A stretch of 57,580 nt of DNA, filler included, from Jimgerdemannia flammicorona (Eukaryota): assembly GCA_003990765.1 (NCBI GenBank). It is 3 parts of 3 records of this genome, joined end to end, with 100 filler letters (N's around TTAATTAATTAA, not from the genome) between each part and the next. Parts side by side here need not be neighbours in the genome. Positions count along the whole stretch, not along the records: positions 38,458 to 57,580 come from RBNJ01002022.1; 2 more parts are not named here. One strand, written 5' to 3'. The translations under genes were made by a program, and so were the position numbers. Positions within the stretch are counted from its first letter, which is position 1. Every line of letters starts with the position of its first letter. The notes below the pieces were generated by a model, which worked only from the letters and a program-made list of their open reading frames with translations, was not told the origin of the DNA and searched no databases. Shown in pieces: positions 52,183 to 57,580 of the stretch.

Positions 52183-54586
52183 TATGATGTACACAATTGA
52201 TAATAGAGTACTGGTGACTGCTAAGATCAGATGACATAATGGCATGATAATCAAATAGACAGCCTGACCCATTAGGTGATCATCCCAAAAGAAGACAAGA
52301 TGATCTAAGCCAAAATGAAGACCATGTTATTTAAGGAACCATACTCTGCCTCAGGAATCAGCACCAAAGAACCAAGTATCCACCATACAATGCCTTCCAT
52401 TCGCTGAACCAACCAGACCTCCCACCGCTCTATCCCTCTGCCTGGCCCAAAGACCCTGATCTTTGAAGCTATCAAGAAGGCCATTTGGTGCCCAGATACT
52501 TCTGAACACTTGAACTTCTACACCGAGGACCTTGGACACTTCATCAACTACTGGTATATAATAACTCAACAGCTCAAAGATACTACCAAATGAATGACCC
52601 TCTGGCATGACTACGAAATCAAATACTGCCTTCGCAATGAGACTCAAGAAGACAACTGGGAAGGCCTCATTACCGAATTAATAACTACTAGCCAGCTAAT
52701 CAAGAGAGCCCACCATATCTACCAAATCTTCCGCCATATTCCCTGGGCCATAGCATACTTGCAAGGAGTAACAACTGGCAGCCTTTCCCACCTTTCAACT
52801 GAAGATACTGACTGGATAGAATCTGAAGTAGCCAACTCTATTGGCAGCAACTGCGTTGCTGTAGGAAGTCAACAAACCAAACCTACTCAACCAGGTTTCC
52901 ACACTCTGAGACAACCATCAAGGTCACCTAATGAGCCTTATGGAGATGTTTGAAGGACTGCCCATTACTATAGAAGCACTCGTTGGAGCTACCCCTACCA
53001 CCCACCACCCTGTCAGCCACAATTCACATCTCATCATTTGGGAACCGAATCAAGAAGAAGCCCAAGAACTCCAAGATCCTGCCCCTGAAGAAACCCCCTC
53101 TGACACTGAAACTGACGAGCCTTCAGAAGAAGAAGAGGAGCAACAGAGAGTCTACCAGTCCTCTGTCCGCATTCAAGCTGTTCAAGGGTTGGAGAATATT
53201 ATTGAAGATGACTGGCCACTTTTCTACCCCCTCACCTCTTGGCTGGCGCTTCCCCCTTTTGAGGAGCGGTATGATGAAAAAGAAATCTTAACCCAGCAAG
53301 ATTTGCCTGCCGTGGACGAAGGGTACTATTTCCTCTAGAAGCACCACCTGTCAGCCGTGAGAATTGTACAACCTTCATGTCAGCAAGTCTGAATCCAGCG
53401 TTGCTACCCAGCACAACCATTTCCAGCATTGCTATCTAGTGCTACTGTTTTCAGCGTTTTGTCAGCAAGTCTGAATCCAGTGTTACTACCCACAACATCC
53501 ATATCCAGCACTAGTACTCATCTTATCCCTATTCGGTGCAAACAATTGTCACATCCGTTTTCAGCATTGCTATCCCCTACAACCCAATCCATAGTAAACA
53601 ATAGCCTGCACCTTGCATCATGCAAGCCAATACCATAGCAAAGTTCGCCACAACATAGTATATCTTAGCCGCGCCCATAGCTAGCAAACTTGTATAAATA
53701 ACCCATATTCTTAGAGTGAATAAAACCTCAGCCAGATAGTTTTACAGAGAAAACACACTGCCTCCAAGAGACCAGATAAATTCTGAGAACAAGATAACTA
53801 GAGCAACAATCACTCGAGGTTTGAGTTAAAGAATTTTCTCTTGCCATGGAAAGAAAACGTTACCCAACTGCCACCATTCGACTGCCATTCGAGACCCAAG
53901 TTATCCAGCCAAGGATTCAAGACCACGGACTGCCCGCCAATTTTGCCGCCACGAAATGGATTCAAGACCACGGACCACCCACAATTCAGTCAGTTTGTGT
54001 TTAAAGAAAATGTTACCCGACCGCCGCGCATTCGAACCGCCATTCGGACCGCGCATTCGACCGCCATTTGAGATTCAAGACCCAGAAAACCAAGGAACCC
54101 AAGGATACCCAGCCAAACAAGACCATAGCCTAAGACCCTCCAAGATACTCGAATGACTGCCTAAGACCCAAGTTATCCTGCTCTTTCAAGCTAAACAAGA
54201 CAGATGAGCGAGCCGTCAACCGATTCCCAACCTACTGCACCATGGACCACTTTAATTGACCACATAAAGAGCAAGACCGTCATGACTGTCGCCACATAAA
54301 TTTAAGATCGCTGCATAAATTCAAGTTTGCCATCAAGTTAATCGCCACCAGGAAACTTAGCCAGCATAATCGCCGCCCTTATCCACTAAACAATTGAGCC
54401 ATCGACGTCCTGAGCCACCATCATTGAACAATCGAAGTTCCACTATTATCATACGTTTCGAACAACCCGATCACATGACCATTGACCCGTAACCATCGCG
54501 AATACACTCACATCCATCGCGTGCTTCACCAAGTGGCATACATTGAGCCGTACAGTCGAAGTTCATTATACATAACCAACACCACA
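52183..54586 (+). repeat. 3' LTR of element E, with a second copy of ORF-U (~52390-53338)
   Basis: Direct repeat of 42243-44641; ORFs 52594-52953 and 52931-53338 match ORF-U; TATA 53693-53700 and AATAAA 53719-53724. Confidence 0.95.
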
Positions 54587-55889
54587 ATATAGATATATAT
54601 ATTTATAAATTATAAATAACTTATTCAGTTCTATTATATAAACTAAGTACTATAAATCAAATTAACTAGATAAAAATTCATAATAATAAAATTACTAATA
54701 AAAAGATATATCTGATTTTAATCAAACTCACTAAATAATTTATGACCCAAGAAGATATTTTGAAATAGATATTGATATTACTTCTTAATAATATATCTAA
54801 AGATATTTATATTCTTATTCTTAAAGAGATTAATAAAATAAAAAAAAACTAAACTCATGCTAAAATATGACAACCTATACTATAAAAACTATTCTTATAT
54901 ATTCTAACTCTATATCAATAGTAGTAAGGTAACTTTGAATGTATTTTGAGATTTAGTAAAAAACTTAAGATATGTATATAATAATATTACAAATCTGATA
55001 GCAATGAGATGATCAGATTAGTTTATAAATATATAGCTTAAGTTATAGATAAGATAGCTGCTACTTTTGAATAATATAGATTATACTAAAGATATAGACT
55101 CTTATATTCTTATAACTAATAGAGATATAATTAGAATAACTCAGAATTATATTTCATCTTCTTAAAGAACTATAATTGAAGTAAAAAATATAAGTAAAAA
55201 ATATAAGTAATAAGAAGGCTCTTTATCTTCTTCTTGGTCCTTATTCTATATGTAAAATATCAAAAATATTATATATAAAATGAGTTTTTTTCTCCTTACT
55301 ATCAATATTGCCTACTTATATATTGAATCTACAAAATTGTTCTATATAGCTTATCTGAATTTGTTCAAATAATACTCTAAGAAACTACTTATGAGACTTG
55401 ATAATATTTTGAAAAATTATAACTATAGTGTAAAAACTATCATTCACAAAGATCAAGGAGCAAAATTCAGATTCTATATATTTGTACTTTTTTTTAGCCA
55501 GATGTAATACCTATATTCTTTTTTCAAAAACAATACAATTCTCTAGAACTTTTTCTGAAACCATTAAGCAACTTTTTTAAACTAGATAATAATATTCTTT
55601 TTGCAATTAAGATGCTTGTAGAGTTTTTATTTATTTAGTATACTGTTACTAAAAATATTATTAACAAGAATGAAGTTGATCTATATAGCAATATACTTTT
55701 AATTTACTATATAGTTCAAATTATTATTTATAAAGATATATAGAGTCAAGAGTATCTAAGGTGATTGAAATATATTATAATTGTATTAAATAAGGAAATT
55801 GACTCTTCAAGATATCATAAGTACTAAGTTTGATAGATAAACAAAATGTATATCACTTATTATACTAGTTATAAGATATGGGCAGATAA

Positions 55890-56302
55890 TTTTCTAGGTG
55901 TCCTTTTCCCTAACTTCACTTTCTCTACTCTAGTATAGTTCACTATACTTATAAGAATATAGTAGAAGGAAGGCAACAGTGATGAGTTATCCCTTTATTA
56001 GTGTTGAATCAGTGCTTTCTCTACTTTTTTATAGTTTCTGATACCTCTGGCCATACCTGGAGTATACCCATTTTGGTGTAGCACCTTTTTCCTTTTACTA
56101 TCATCAACAAGATGTTATTTTAGTATATTATAGATTATATAGAGAGTCAGCCAACCTTGGGCATCAAAATCAGTATAGGTTACCTATAGGTTCTCAGTAT
56201 CTATAGTAGAGCTCTCTGAGCTTTGGCAAGCTTTCTGGCAAATATGATTCTGATATAAGTAACTACTTTTTGGGTGGGATCAGGATAGAAGAAAAGATTA
56301 CC
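55890..56302 (+). mobile_element. Second, more decayed and truncated copy of the ~1.2 kb retroposon (5' third)
   Basis: Collinear with the reverse complement of ~31970-32380 (AGGCAACAGTGATGAGTT, TTTTGGTGT, GAGTCAGC, CAGTATAGGTTACCTA). Confidence 0.85.
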
Positions 56303-57580
56303 CTTTCTCGACTATCGGCGGGCCATGGGTTTGGCGGGTGGTGGTCACGAGGAGCCCACAAGTGGCCAGCGGCGTGGAGTGCTGGGTTCCGGAATAGAGA
56401 TTATGTAGTCGGGTTCGAGTTGAGCAGGGTCGGGTTGTGAGAGTATGTATTGGATATCTAGTTCCCGGTCCGAATCCGGTATGAGGCTTCGGTTTTCTGG
56501 AAAATCGATGTCGTTATCTGGATAGTATCCGATAATGATGGTTTCGGGGTGTTCTGTTTGATAGTAATCAGCGGTTGATCCTCGTAACAGTAGGCATAAT
56601 ATGGAGACTCAGGATAAGGTGAGTGGGGTTGGAAATATCCTTCCATTCTTACACGATCCGATACCTGCTCAGAACAGAGAAACAGCGAGAATGCTAATCT
56701 TGCAAACTAATCACGTGCATGGTACGTATAACGCTTCTCAAAAATTGTGCCTAATATTTTAGGGGTACGCCTAAAACCGATCAATCAAGGTTTGCTTTGA
56801 TAGAGATTTATTTCTCGAGGTGGGTTGCTCGCTGCTCTTTACATGTTCGGGGTCTTCAGGTATTTATATGGGATTGTCTTACTAGTCATCGTTCTTGTCT
56901 AAGGCTATTTTGCTATCCTTTCTAGGAGAAATCGGAGGATTGTATCGAACGCTTGTGCGCTCTACGGCGTTTAGTCGTTCGAGATCCTTGGCGGAGACGT
57001 CCCGGATGGCAAGGATTTGTCCTTCACGAAGGTCACGAGAACTTCGTAGCAGTTACGCGCTTGTCGAGTAATAGTTGCTACGGTGGAGTGAGTCTCCCCC
57101 TTGGCGTGGTCCAGTTACGAGGCCTCTCTCCTGCCATCGGTTTTCGTTGATACGATCTTCTTCAAAGAGCTCCTTTCCAATTAGCACGTTTAGCCGGATC
57201 GTTCGCGCCATACACACTTGACTTCGTCGCGCCTCCGGGACACAATTAATTAATGACCCGCAAGAAGAAGCAATGATAACGGAAACCATCGGAACAGAGG
57301 AAGAAGCCCAAACGGAAGTCACACGACAGCTGCGCGAACGTCGAGCGCGGCGGGCTCCCAATGAACCATGGCCCAGACAATAGAAAGAGCGCGAGCACGA
57401 ACCCCAAGGTGAACAAGGACCCGTGGTTCAAGTTATGAATACCGCTCCTAACAACCAATCCGCCAATATTCGTATCGACGTCAAAACCGAGGAAGGAATA
57501 TAGCAGCTGGTCGGATACGGAGTCCCAGATCAACCCCGACCACCCTTCCAGTTGACATGAAACGACCTCCCAATCGCCCG
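56303..57580. other. CpG-rich unassigned sequence, possibly a younger mobile element
   Basis: Abrupt switch to abundant CpG that truncates the retroposon copy; minus-strand TATAAATA (~56861-56868) followed by AATAAA (~56807-56812); no recognisable domain. Confidence 0.35.

Larger units (their letters stand above)
42243..54586 (+). mobile_element. Gypsy element E, complete 12.3 kb, with ~2.4 kb LTRs and no chromodomain
   Basis: Long direct repeats with TGTG...CACA termini, PBS, gag-PR-insert-dUTPase-RT-RH-IN(GPY); probable 4-bp TSD ATAT (42239-42242 / 54587-54590). Confidence 0.95.

Overview
Eukaryotic, probably fungal (inference), repeat graveyard with no recognisable host gene. The window is three pieces of about 19.1 kb (1-19130, 19231-38357, 38458-57580) joined by artificial N44-TTAATTAATTAA-N44 spacers. 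It holds four degenerate Ty3/Gypsy LTR retrotransposons (A, C, D, E), all with a dUTPase; A and C also have chromodomains. There are four near-full-length copies of one L1/Tx1-like LINE family plus fragments, two copies of a ~1.2 kb non-coding poly(A) retroposon, a foldback palindrome and a CpG-rich unassigned end. Insertions are nested, several with readable target-site duplications (TSDs). Nearly all long ORFs are broken by C->T/G->A changes. Highlights: (i) an unknown ~280-330 aa accessory ORF shared by two different Gypsy lineages, internal in A but inside the U3 of a 2.4 kb LTR in E; (ii) an F-box-like motif and Cys/His modules inside the E polyprotein; (iii) the non-autonomous retroposon sharing LINE terminal motifs; (iv) a chimeric LINE insertion under one TSD. 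Domain boundaries come from manual translation and are approximate; no database searches were run.
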